Shown here piece by piece: positions 38,147 through 47,817 of a stretch of 64,000 nucleotides of DNA (positions are counted from its first letter, which is position 1; each line of letters begins with the position of its first letter). Origin of the DNA: Candidatus Hydrogenedentota bacterium. Lineage in GTDB: Bacteria; Hydrogenedentota; Hydrogenedentia; Hydrogenedentales; SLHB01. The stretch spans positions 32,001-96,000 of the forward strand of contig CAVUWV010000036.1 of the NCBI GenBank assembly GCA_963745075.1, in the 5' to 3' direction. The notes under the pieces are model-generated. The model searched no databases and was not told the DNA's origin. It saw only the letters and a program-made list of their open reading frames with translations. The translations under genes were made by a program, and so were the position numbers.

Positions 38147-39368
38147 ATGGATTTCTCCATTCCCCAGCATATGCAGGACTTGCTCGGGTCCGTGCGCGAA
38201 TTTGTCGACAAGGAAATTATCCCGCTGGAACGCCGGGACCACGCGAAAGGGTTCAGGGCGCTGTTGCCGGAACTGCAGCGCCTGCGCGGCGAGGTGAAGA
38301 AGCGCGGCTGGTGGCTCCCGCAAATCGCGAAAGAGCACGGCGGGCTGGGCCTCAGCCTGGTCGAGCACGGACTCCTCAGCGCGGAACTCGGCCGTACGCC
38401 CATGGGCCACTTCTGTTTCAACTGCCAGGCGCCGGATTCCGGCAACATGGAAATCCTCATCCAGTTCGGCACGCCGGAACAGCAGAAGACGTTCCTGGAG
38501 CCGCTGCTGCGCGGCGAGACGCGCAGTTGCTTCGCCATGACCGAGCCCGAGCACGCGGGCTCGAACCCGGTGTGGATGAGCACGACGGCCGTGAAAGACG
38601 GGCGATGATTACGTCATCAACGGCCACAAGTGGTATACATCGTCGGCCGAAGGCGCCACGTTCACGGTATGCATGGCGGTGACGGATCCGAATCAACAGC
38701 CGCACTTCCGTGCGAGCATGATCCTCGTGCCGCTCGACAATCCCGGCTACCGGCTGGTGCGCAACATCGGTGTCATGGGCGACGCGGGTGAGGACTGGGC
38801 CAGTCACGGCGAGGTGCGTGTTCGAGAATTGCCGCGTGCCGCAGTCGAATCTGCTCGGCGCGCGAGGGCATGGGCTTCGCCATCGCCCAGGAGCGGCTCG
38901 GGCCGGGGCGCATTCACCACTGCATGCGCTGGATCGGGATCTGCGAACGCAGTTTCGACATCATGTGCGAGCACGCGGCCAAGCGCGAAGTCGCGCCGGG
39001 CGTCCCCTCGGGCACGCGGCAGATGGTGCAGCAGTGGATCGCCGACAGCCGCGCGGAGATCAACGGCGGCGCGGCTCATGGTATTGCACGCGGCGTGGGC
39101 CATCGAACAACACGGCGCGAAGGAAGCGCGCGACGAGATCTCGCTGATCAAGTTCACCGTCGCGAATACGATGCAGCGCGTTGTCGATCGCGCGATCCAG
39201 TGTCTCGGCGGCTACGGCGTGGCGGACGATTCGATCCTGCCGTACTTCTACCGTCACGAACGTCCCGCGCGGATTTATGACGGGCCGGACGAGGTGCACA
39301 AGCAGTCGGTGGCGAAACGCATCCTTAAACGGCACGGCATCACGATCAAATCCGGGGCCAATCAATGA
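38147..39368 (+). CDS. Acyl-CoA dehydrogenase with four +1 frameshifts (~38601, ~38819, ~38863, ~39065)
   Basis: FNCQAPDSGNME, CFAMTEPE, INGHKW, FENCRVP, RLGPGRIHHCMR and RIYDGPDEVH are spread over successive frames. Confidence 0.88.
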
Positions 39369-40429
39369 CGGGTCCCCTCGACGGCACGTCGCCCGTTCGC
39401 GAAGGCGAGGAACTGGATGCGGCGGCGTTGGAGCGGTACCTGTCCGACGCCGTGCCGGGCGTCAAGGGGCCGGTAGCGGTCGAACAGTTTCCCAGCGGCC
39501 ATTCGAACCTGACCTACCTGTTGCGCGCGGGCGACCGGGAACTCGTGCTGCGCCGTCCGCCCTTCGGGAGCAAGGTGAAATCCGCCCACGACATGGGGCG
39601 CGAATACACCGTGTTGTCGAACCTGCATCCCGTCTATCCGCCCGCGCCGAAGCCCCTGGCGTTTTGCGAAGACGAGTCCGTCATCGGCGCGCAGTTCTAC
39701 GTCATGGAACGGGTGAAGGGCGTCATCTTGCGTTCGGGAAAGCCGGCTGGACTGGAAACCACGCCCGAACTCGCGCGCGGGTGTTGCCAGGCCTTCATCG
39801 AAAACCTGGCCGATCTACATGCGCTCGATTACCGGGCCATCGGCCTCGACGCGTTGTATAAAGGCCCTAACTACGTCGAGCGCCAGGTGACGGGCTGGTC
39901 GAAACGCTACACGGGATCGCAGACCGACGACATCCCCGAGATTGACCGCGTCATCGCGTGGCTCCACGAACGCATCCCCGCCGACACCGGCGCGGTGCTG
40001 GTTCACAACGATTACAAGTTCGACAACATCGTGCTCGATCCCGACGACCTCACGAAGATCGTCGGCGTCCTCGACTGGGAAATGGCGACCATCGGCGATC
40101 CCCTCGCCGATCTCGGCACGTCGCTCGCCTACTGGATCCAGGCCAACGACGAAGAGATGCAGATCGTCCAATGCTTCCTCACCACCGAACCCGGCGCCAT
40201 GACCCGCATGGATCTCGCCGAAGCCTACGCCGCCCGCACCGGCCGCGACATCACCAACATTTTGTTCTACTACGTGCTCGCCCTGTTAAAACTGGCCGTC
40301 ATCGTCCAGCAAATCTACTACCGCTACAAACAAGGCCTCACCAAAGACGAACGCTTCGCCATGCTCATCGTCATGGTCCACCTGCTTGGGAGAAAAGCCG
40401 TCGTGGCGATTGAGTCGGGGACGGTGTAG
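39365..40429 (+). CDS. Phosphotransferase family protein (APH-like, ACAD10/11 kinase type)
   Basis: GHSNLTY, LRRPP, AHDMGRE, HNDYKFDN, VLDWEMATIGDP. Confidence 0.9.
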   Translation: MTGPLDGTSPVREGEELDAAALERYLSDAVPGVKGPVAVEQFPSGHSNLTYLLRAGDRELVLRRPPFGSKVKSAHDMGREYTVLSNLHPVYPPAPKPLAFCEDESVIGAQFYVMERVKGVILRSGKPAGLETTPELARGCCQAFIENLADLHALDYRAIGLDALYKGPNYVERQVTGWSKRYTGSQTDDIPEIDRVIAWLHERIPADTGAVLVHNDYKFDNIVLDPDDLTKIVGVLDWEMATIGDPLADLGTSLAYWIQANDEEMQIVQCFLTTEPGAMTRMDLAEAYAARTGRDITNILFYYVLALLKLAVIVQQIYYRYKQGLTKDERFAMLIVMVHLLGRKAVVAIESGTV

Positions 40430-40469
40430 GCGGAGCCGAACGAAGGTACCAGCAATCGCCCCGGAGTAT

Positions 40470-40494
40470 GTAGCGCAGGCGTCTCTCGCCTGCG
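40470..40494 (+). repeat. Single GTAG-type REP
   Basis: gtag foot followed by the hairpin cgcaggcg-tctct-cgcctgcg. Confidence 0.6.
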
Positions 40495-41719
40495 GACTTA
40501 ATGAAATGCTCGCTGTAAAACAACAAGACTGCTGTCGTTCAGACTTCTTAAGCTTGGGTACCAAAGGCTCGACTATGTCGAAAAGTCTAAGTCGGAAGAC
40601 TCACCGATTTCGCGAGGAAGAAATACATATCCTTCATCCGAAAAAACTGGTGGAGTTTCTCGATCACGCCCTTGGCAGGCTACTTTTGAGCTTACGCGCC
40701 AGGTGCTTCGTGGATAGTCTGGGCTCCCAGTCAAGACTATTGAAATTCCCAGAAACACCATCGAGGTTTGTTGGAGATTCTGAAGCTAAACGTCCGATAT
40801 GAAAAACCGTCGGCGGAAAAGCTGCCTAGAGAGTGTCAGATGCTCTCCCCAAGGTCAAAGCTCCATCTGAGAATTCTGCGAACGTATCAGCTCTTTGTAA
40901 ACGGCACTTCCCATGTCAACACAGATTCTCTCTGGGCGACGAAGTCGCATATTCAGTGGTCAAGATCAGCCAATAGACTTTCGTGCCTGATTTTCTTGCA
41001 ACTTCTAAGATTGGCAAATCATTTGCCTCATTAATGATCTAATTCGCCCTCGCGCCCAATTGCCCCGCCCTGGTGGAATTTTTCAGTGGAATGATCTCAC
41101 CCTCAAAACGGATGCGATAGCTGGTCGCGTGTCCTTGTTGATTTCATTACCGATGTTTCAACCATTGATACTTCAAAAAAGCTGGTTTCCTGCTGGAATC
41201 TCAACGTAGAGGATACAAACGGACGAGTTTCTTAGTATCGTGTAAAACTCCGCCCGTGCGAGGGTCTCGCGATACTTGCTGCTAATCCGGGCGGTACATC
41301 GCCCCATGATCAAGACATTCGTTCATCCTTTTCCAATTGTAGTCACTTTCATTCAACATTTGTCGATAGGGCGCATAACCAAAGACTTGTGCTCGGATTT
41401 CAGTACAAGAGTATCCTTCGGTGATAGAATTGTTTTGGAGAGGACGTGATCGGTCGAAGGGAGGCGCACGATTCGATGGTCGCGATTAGATCGGATTTCC
41501 CACAGATACCGCATGTGGAACAGAGTAACGTCCCTTTTCTTACGGAAGTCATTCCCTGCCATATGGGTGAAGTCCTAATCGTTCTTTCGTGGCGGTAGCA
41601 CTTGAAGAATCAAAGTTGCAGTCATCGTGAATCTTGGGTATATGGCTTCTACGCTTTTCCGAATTTTTGAGCAATCAACCTGTGGTACCTTCTGCTTTCG
41701 CGTAGTCATCTTGCACCAC

Positions 41720-43807
41720 CTACATGGCCGCCTTTTTCACCCCGCCCCGGTCCACGGTAAACACCACAAACTCCCCATCATCGCCCTGCACGGCGATCCG
41801 CGTCTCACCCCCGACGCGGAGGGAGAAGCCGGGGAGGGAGACGGAGGCGCCGGCGTCCGTGATGGTGGCGTTGGTGGCTTTGACGGGGGCGTCGCCTTCG
41901 AGGATGTGGTAGGCGGCGATGAACCAGGCTTCTTTGCCGTGTTGGCGGCGGAGGAGCATGGGGAGGCGTTCGGGCATGTTGGGGCCGAAGCCTTCGGCGT
42001 AGAAGCAGGTGGAGGCGTCGAAGAAGCGCAGGGCGATGCGTTTACTGTCGTTGACCTCCAGCGTCGCGGCTTCGAAGCGTTCGGGGAACCGCTTCGTGTT
42101 CTTCAACAGCGTGTACGGTCCGTTCTCGCCAATGGCATCGACGGCTTCGGCCTCGGGCACGTCGATCAGTTTCCCGCGAAAATGGAGCGGTAGGTCGAAG
42201 GTGGCGTCTTCTTCGGACGTGCAGTGGATCACGTCTAGGATGACGTTGCCGGTCAGGCACAGAGTGCGATCGAGCACGACGCCGGGGTATGCGCCTTCAC
42301 AGGTGGCACGGACCACGTCGAAATCCTTGGTGACGCCGAAGGCTTTCAATTTGCAAGGTACCTTCTTCTGCGAGGTCTCATTCACGACGACGGTGTTATG
42401 CGCGAGGGTTTGCGTGAACCAGCCGCGGTGCAAGGGATTGCCGTAGGGCAGGCGGCCGGGGTCGACGAAGCGTTCGTCACCGAGGGCATAGAGGATCAGC
42501 CCGAGCTTCGCGGGGTGGACATGGCCGGAGGTGCCGGGACCATAGTCGAAGAACACGGCGGTTTGGCCGGAGGTGTCCCGCAGCACGGCAAGGCCGTCAG
42601 AGGGTTCGTTCGACGACCGCAGCCGCAAACGTTTCGGCCCGTCTTCGGGCAGCGTATCGACGCCCCACAGCAGGGCATCCTCCGAGTCGCGCGGATTCAG
42701 AATGGGCAGGTAGTTCGGGTCACCAAACCGCCGGTACGCGACTTCGTAATGGTTCCGCGCGCCTGTAATGGACGAGCGTGAACTGTCGTTCAGCGCGGGG
42801 TACGTCAAATCCGGGAAGAGTTGTCGCAGCGGCGCATCGAACATCTTCTTGACCGGCGGCAGGGAGTACAGGTCCATGCCCGCCCGCGCAGCGGCTTCGA
42901 GCAGGTAGATGTGCGCGGACAACGCGTACCAGTGATAACTCGGAGCCGCCTCAAACCACATGCCGCTGTCCGTCACGCTTTCGCGCATCTGAAATACGAA
43001 GCCGCTGGGCCCGTTCACGGCCCAGTTCACGAGGTCCTGGTCGCCCATGACGAAGGCTGCCGACGCCACGCCCGCGTTGTGCCAGGATTGCCAGTTCGAC
43101 TTACCGGCGTCGTACAGCCGGATCGTGTCGATCATCGGACGCAGGAAGTGCATCTCGATGGTCGCGTGATCTTCCGGCGTGAAGCACGGCGCGTCGTACA
43201 CGAAATCGTAACCCCGCGCGATGCGGCACAGGGCCACGCCTTCGTTAAGCGTCTGTGCGAAGAGCCGGCCGGCGGATTTCGATTCCTTGCCGTTCTTGTC
43301 ATGGAGGGGCAGGGACTCGTAGAAGGACGCATACTCCAGGAGAATCGCTTTCGCGCGTTCCGCGTACTCGGGTTTAGGGTTCAGTACGTACGCGGTCCCA
43401 AGCGTGTCCAATTCCGAGAAATAGCCGTTGTGCCGGTAGGTGATAATGACTTCATCGTAAGGCCAGCCGGTATAGACCTCGCCGCACACCGCGCACACAT
43501 GCTCCGTCGGCGATTTGGCCTCCAGGCGGCCGCCGTCCTTTTTGCACGTGTACCAGTGCGACCACTGTCCGCCCGCGTGCGGGATATCCAGCGGTTGGGC
43601 GACCAGGGCGTCGGCAGAACTTAGCGCCTTTCCCACGACGGTCTTTGCCCAGTCCTGTTGCCCGGCTCGTTCCCGGACGTGAGCGGCTTCGTCCGGAGTG
43701 AGAAAGGCGTACGGGTGAGCGCCCTCGGCGACGTGTACCGGTACGGACTCGACCGGCCACTGGGATTGTGACAACGCGACAAACAAGGCAGCGATTACTA
43801 TCTGCAT
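41720..43807 (-). CDS. Secreted polysaccharide lyase (alginate lyase-like + heparinase II/III domains)
   Basis: GRLFAQTLNE, SNWQSWHNAG, YHWYAL, GHVHPAKL, QTLAHNTVVVN. Confidence 0.8.
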   Translation of the reverse strand: MQIVIAALFVALSQSQWPVESVPVHVAEGAHPYAFLTPDEAAHVRERAGQQDWAKTVVGKALSSADALVAQPLDIPHAGGQWSHWYTCKKDGGRLEAKSPTEHVCAVCGEVYTGWPYDEVIITYRHNGYFSELDTLGTAYVLNPKPEYAERAKAILLEYASFYESLPLHDKNGKESKSAGRLFAQTLNEGVALCRIARGYDFVYDAPCFTPEDHATIEMHFLRPMIDTIRLYDAGKSNWQSWHNAGVASAAFVMGDQDLVNWAVNGPSGFVFQMRESVTDSGMWFEAAPSYHWYALSAHIYLLEAAARAGMDLYSLPPVKKMFDAPLRQLFPDLTYPALNDSSRSSITGARNHYEVAYRRFGDPNYLPILNPRDSEDALLWGVDTLPEDGPKRLRLRSSNEPSDGLAVLRDTSGQTAVFFDYGPGTSGHVHPAKLGLILYALGDERFVDPGRLPYGNPLHRGWFTQTLAHNTVVVNETSQKKVPCKLKAFGVTKDFDVVRATCEGAYPGVVLDRTLCLTGNVILDVIHCTSEEDATFDLPLHFRGKLIDVPEAEAVDAIGENGPYTLLKNTKRFPERFEAATLEVNDSKRIALRFFDASTCFYAEGFGPNMPERLPMLLRRQHGKEAWFIAAYHILEGDAPVKATNATITDAGASVSLPGFSLRVGGETRIAVQGDDGEFVVFTVDRGGVKKAAM

Positions 43808-43904
43808 GAATCAATTCTCCCCAACGTCTTCGTTTGTCGCATTCTAACAAATCGTGGGATGCTGGCCGGGCATTGAAGAACATCCCCCTTGATCCCCCTT
43901 CAAC

Positions 43905-44920
43905 GACAGGGTCGACAGAAGTGGAAGTCGTTGAGGGGGAAATTCATAGCAGTTGGTGATGTCACCGCGGAATCTCCTGTACATGGTTCGGATCGGGTGA
44001 TGAAGCGAGATGAAATAAGAGATGAACGCGCAGAAACGGCCGAGTACGCCTTGAAGGCGTGCCCGGAAGGTCTCCAATTTGGCCGGTTGGGCGAGGAGTT
44101 CCCGCATCTTCTTGGATTTGGCGGCTTGCATCACGTTCCATCTCGCGGCCTTCAGGCGGATGGCGTTGAAGACGGCGGGCTTTCCGCGCACGCGGGCCCG
44201 CAGGTCCTCGGGCAAGGCATCGTAGCCTTCCCGGTCGTGACGGAGCACCTGGGTCAGGAAACGTTTGACCGTCACCGCCATGAGTTGGGTCCGTCCGAAC
44301 ATCGCCATGTCGCTGAAGACGTGGGTCGAATCCGCGCGCTGTTTGGCCACGGACAGTTCCAAGGCCTCGATCAACGCCTTGGTCACCCGCTCTTGCACGG
44401 CGGCGGCCAAGTCCAATTCCCGGAACAATTGCCGGTAGCGCTCCACCGTGCGCGACGACATGGATTGGCCGCCCGGGTCCAGGTTCAAGGCGTAGTGAAC
44501 CCCGATGTCCAGCATGTAGGCGTCGACGGCCTGTTGGACCGTCCAGTTCTGGAACTCCATGATGAACATCAGTCCCGCCACGGAATACAGTTCCTTGGTG
44601 GGCGCGCCCATCGATTCGTGAAACCGGTCCGCAAGGGCCGTGGCCGGCATCAGATCCAAGATGACCTTGCGGAAGACGCACTGCCAACCGGTATCCAAGG
44701 CCTTACGGGCCAGGGGCGACAGGACGTGCGCGTAGGGGTCAACCAGGGAGATTTGTCGAGGATCCACAATTTTCCGCATAACTGTTGTAAGCCATTTCCG
44801 TTTAAGGGTTTCGGTATAACATGCGCAAAATCCCCTGTCAAGAGGAAAACTCATGCATCTCCTTTGGAAACAATACATTACAAAACAAATAGCAAGCCCC
44901 GGACTTTTGTCGGTCCTGTC
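43905..44920 (-). mobile_element. Internally deleted IS (IS1182/IS5-like DDE transposase remnant) with terminal inverted repeats
   Basis: Transposase N-terminus from ATG 44779 (GAPTK.., QRADSTHV) joined to the C-terminal RVRGKPAV motif; ends gacagggtcgacagaagt / acttttgtcggtcctgtc. Confidence 0.75.
44813..44841 (-). promoter_or_regulatory. Sigma70 promoter of the transposase
   Basis: Minus strand TTGACA-17 nt-TATACC upstream of ATG 44779. Confidence 0.55.
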
Positions 44921-44973
44921 TTTGAAGGGGGATGTTCTTGCGTCGTTCGAAACATTGACCACCAGCCAAAAGT

Positions 44974-45007
44974 CGATTACGAGTACGATAACGATTACGA
45001 TTACGAC
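44974..45007. repeat. Degenerate hexamer tandem repeat (GATTAC)n
   Basis: cgattac gagtac gataac gattac gattac gac. Confidence 0.75.
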
Positions 45008-45042
45008 TTGTGGTCTAGTCGAAGTCGTTAAGGGGGTCATCC

Positions 45043-47718
45043 ATGTTTACCATAAGCAGTTTCGTTCTCGCGGCAACGGTTGCCGCGGCCGGTTTGCCGT
45101 CCTGGTCCTTTGATACGCCGGACGAGCCCAACCCCTGGGTCGCCAACGCGCACCTTGCCAATGTCGCCATGCACGACGGCGTCCTTGCCGCCGACGCCAC
45201 CGATTGGGACCCTTTCTTTACCTGTACCGGGCTCAATGTTCCCGCAACGCCCTGGCAGTACGTGGTCATTCGGATTAAGGCCGACCGCACCGGAACGGGC
45301 GAGCTGTTTTTTACCGGCACGGAGGAAGGGCAGTACGGCGGACTCTCGCAGGACCGCAGCCGAAGCTGGCGACTAGAAGGCGACGGTGCTTTTCACGATG
45401 TCGTCGTGTTTCCCTTCTGGCAGGCGGAAAAACAAATCGTGAAGTTGCGGTTGGACGTTTACGACGGCGCCCACTTCGAGATCGATACCATCCAAATCCA
45501 CAGTTGGGGTGACGCGGACAATCCCATCACCGGCCAATACGATTGGACCTTCGATAGCAACGATACGTGGCGCATAGCCGACAGCACGACGGAACGTTTT
45601 TCGCCGCCACTGCGTCTTCCCATCGAAGATCGCGGCTGGGCGACCGTCGAACTCCAATCCGATACGGACACTGTCGGCACGCTGCTCTGGGTCGTGGAGG
45701 GCGTCCCGGGCGTGCAAACGGAATCCTTTTCCATTCGCGCCGGAGAACAACCGCGTGCCTACAACCTGGAACTCGACGGCAACCGCGTGTGGAAAGGAAC
45801 GTTGCTTACCCTGGGCGTGCAGTTTCCGGAAGACGTGGCGGTAAACTTGCGCAATGTGTCCATCGGCGAGGAACCGGCCGGCCCGCCGGAACTTGCGGTC
45901 ACGTATCTCGGCTTTGAAAACGGGATCAATCGCGCCGGCGCCGAGTGCAATGTGCTCCTGCGTGTATCCAATCTCGGCGGACGCCTCCAGGGGATTCGCG
46001 GTATTGACCTCGACGTGCCGGACGGCATCGAAGTGGTGCACCAACCCGATCAACTGTCGAACGCAGGGTTGGCCTACGAAGAATACGCGGACTACACGTG
46101 GACCGTGCGTGCCAACGCCGCCGGGACGTTTCCGATCCACGTCACCTTCTCGGGCAAAGGCGCCATCCCTGAACCCGCGTCGACGGACCTGACGTTCACG
46201 GAACCGCTGGGGCTGGCTCGCACCGACTACGTACCGGAACCGCACCCCGTGAAGACCGGTATCGAAGTCGCCGCCTACTACTTCCCGGGATGGGATTCCC
46301 CCGCGAAGTGGGATCCCATCCGCCGCGTGGCTCCCATCCGAAAACCGCTGCTCGGCTACTACGACGAAGGCAATCCCGAGTGCGTGGACTGGCAAATCAA
46401 ATGGGCCGCGGAAAATGGCATCTCCGTCTTCCTCGTCGACTGGTACTGGATCAAAGGCAACCAACACCTGACCCACTGGTTCGAGGCCTACAAGAAGTCC
46501 CGCTACCGCGACGAGCTGAAAGTCGCCATCATGTGGGCCAATCACAACCCGCCCGGCACCCATTCCCGCGAAGATTGGCGCAACGTCACGCAGGAATGGA
46601 TCGACAACTATTTCGGGATGGACAGTTACTACCGCATCGGGAACAAACCCGCGCTCTTCCTGTGGGACCCGCGCAACTTGCGCAACGATCTCGACGGGTC
46701 CGAAGGCGCGAAAGCCGCTCTCGATGATTCCCAGCAATTGGCCCGCGACGCGGGATACGAGGGCATCGAGTTTGTTGCGGTGAACACGGCGGAATCGCCC
46801 GCCTTCGTGGAAATGCTCGCGAAGGAAGGCTACGCGGGCGCGACCAATTATCACGAGTGGGGCACCGCCACCGACAACATGATGCGTCCGCAACGCGCGC
46901 AGTACGCGGATGTCGTCGCGACGGCGCCCGAGGAGTGGGTCCGGCGCAACGCCATGTGCCAACCGCTCACCTACTATCCGCTGGTCGATACCGGCTGGGA
47001 CTCGCGTCCCTGGCACGGCGACCAGTCGCTCGCCATCGAAGGGCGCACCCCCGCGCTCTTTGAAGATCTGTTACGCGAAGCCAAGACGTTCTGCGAAGCG
47101 AACGGCAAGCACACGGTCATTCTGGGCCCCGTCAACGAGTGGGGCGAAGGCAGCTATATCGAACCCTGCACCGAGTTCGGCTTTGCCATGCTGGAAGCCG
47201 TGCGCAAGGTTTTTGCCGAGGGCGATCCGGCCTCGTGGCCGGTGAACGTCGCGCCGTGCGATGTCGGCCTGGGCCCCTACGATTATCCTCCCGTCCAACC
47301 ACGTTCCGCGTGGGAGTTCAACGACGGTCCCGACGGATGGCAGGCCATGATGAACGTGGGCGACTTTCGCGCGGAGGACGGCGCGCTGCGGATGAAAGCC
47401 TTGGGCCGCGACCCCGCCATCGTCGTGCCGCTCACCGGCATCAACGGCTCCGAGTATTCAACGGCGGTCGTGACCATGCAGGTGACCGGCGACCTGCCGC
47501 CCGCCATGCGCGCCCAACTGTTCTGGGCCCGCGGCGGCAACGCCACCAGCGAAACGGCCAGCGTGTCCGTGCCCCTCGAAACGGACGGCGCCGTGCACAG
47601 CTACACCTTCGACTTACGCGCCAACCCGCGCTGGCGCGGCCCCATAACCATGCTGCGTTTCGACCCCTGCGACGCCGCCGATACGGACGTGGTTATCGAC
47701 ACTTTTGAGTTGCGTTAA
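45043..47718 (+). CDS. Secreted GH99-like/WbsX-type glycoside hydrolase with repeated CBM-like domains
   Basis: AAYYFPGW, PLLGYYDE, VDWQIKWA, DWYW, GWDSRPW, NEWGEGSYIEP; related N- and C-terminal modules (DP..LRLD / LRFDP). Confidence 0.8.
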   Translation: MFTISSFVLAATVAAAGLPSWSFDTPDEPNPWVANAHLANVAMHDGVLAADATDWDPFFTCTGLNVPATPWQYVVIRIKADRTGTGELFFTGTEEGQYGGLSQDRSRSWRLEGDGAFHDVVVFPFWQAEKQIVKLRLDVYDGAHFEIDTIQIHSWGDADNPITGQYDWTFDSNDTWRIADSTTERFSPPLRLPIEDRGWATVELQSDTDTVGTLLWVVEGVPGVQTESFSIRAGEQPRAYNLELDGNRVWKGTLLTLGVQFPEDVAVNLRNVSIGEEPAGPPELAVTYLGFENGINRAGAECNVLLRVSNLGGRLQGIRGIDLDVPDGIEVVHQPDQLSNAGLAYEEYADYTWTVRANAAGTFPIHVTFSGKGAIPEPASTDLTFTEPLGLARTDYVPEPHPVKTGIEVAAYYFPGWDSPAKWDPIRRVAPIRKPLLGYYDEGNPECVDWQIKWAAENGISVFLVDWYWIKGNQHLTHWFEAYKKSRYRDELKVAIMWANHNPPGTHSREDWRNVTQEWIDNYFGMDSYYRIGNKPALFLWDPRNLRNDLDGSEGAKAALDDSQQLARDAGYEGIEFVAVNTAESPAFVEMLAKEGYAGATNYHEWGTATDNMMRPQRAQYADVVATAPEEWVRRNAMCQPLTYYPLVDTGWDSRPWHGDQSLAIEGRTPALFEDLLREAKTFCEANGKHTVILGPVNEWGEGSYIEPCTEFGFAMLEAVRKVFAEGDPASWPVNVAPCDVGLGPYDYPPVQPRSAWEFNDGPDGWQAMMNVGDFRAEDGALRMKALGRDPAIVVPLTGINGSEYSTAVVTMQVTGDLPPAMRAQLFWARGGNATSETASVSVPLETDGAVHSYTFDLRANPRWRGPITMLRFDPCDAADTDVVIDTFELR

Positions 47719-47817
47719 TGGGCCGTCGGTGATATAGCATAAGAAGGAGATGGCATAAATATCGTGGGCTGCGGTCTCGGTCAGAATTCCATGGCTACAT
47801 CCAGAGGAGTGCGGGCA

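Noticed and set aside
37312..38682. 456-aa ORF and programmed frameshifting in this operon
   Set aside because: The ORF is run-through after an indel; there are no slippery sites, and all shifts are +1, as expected for sequencing insertions
43844..45040. 398-aa intact transposase
   Set aside because: The first 87 codons lie outside the gene (VIVIVIV comes from the hexamer repeat) and the catalytic core appears deleted
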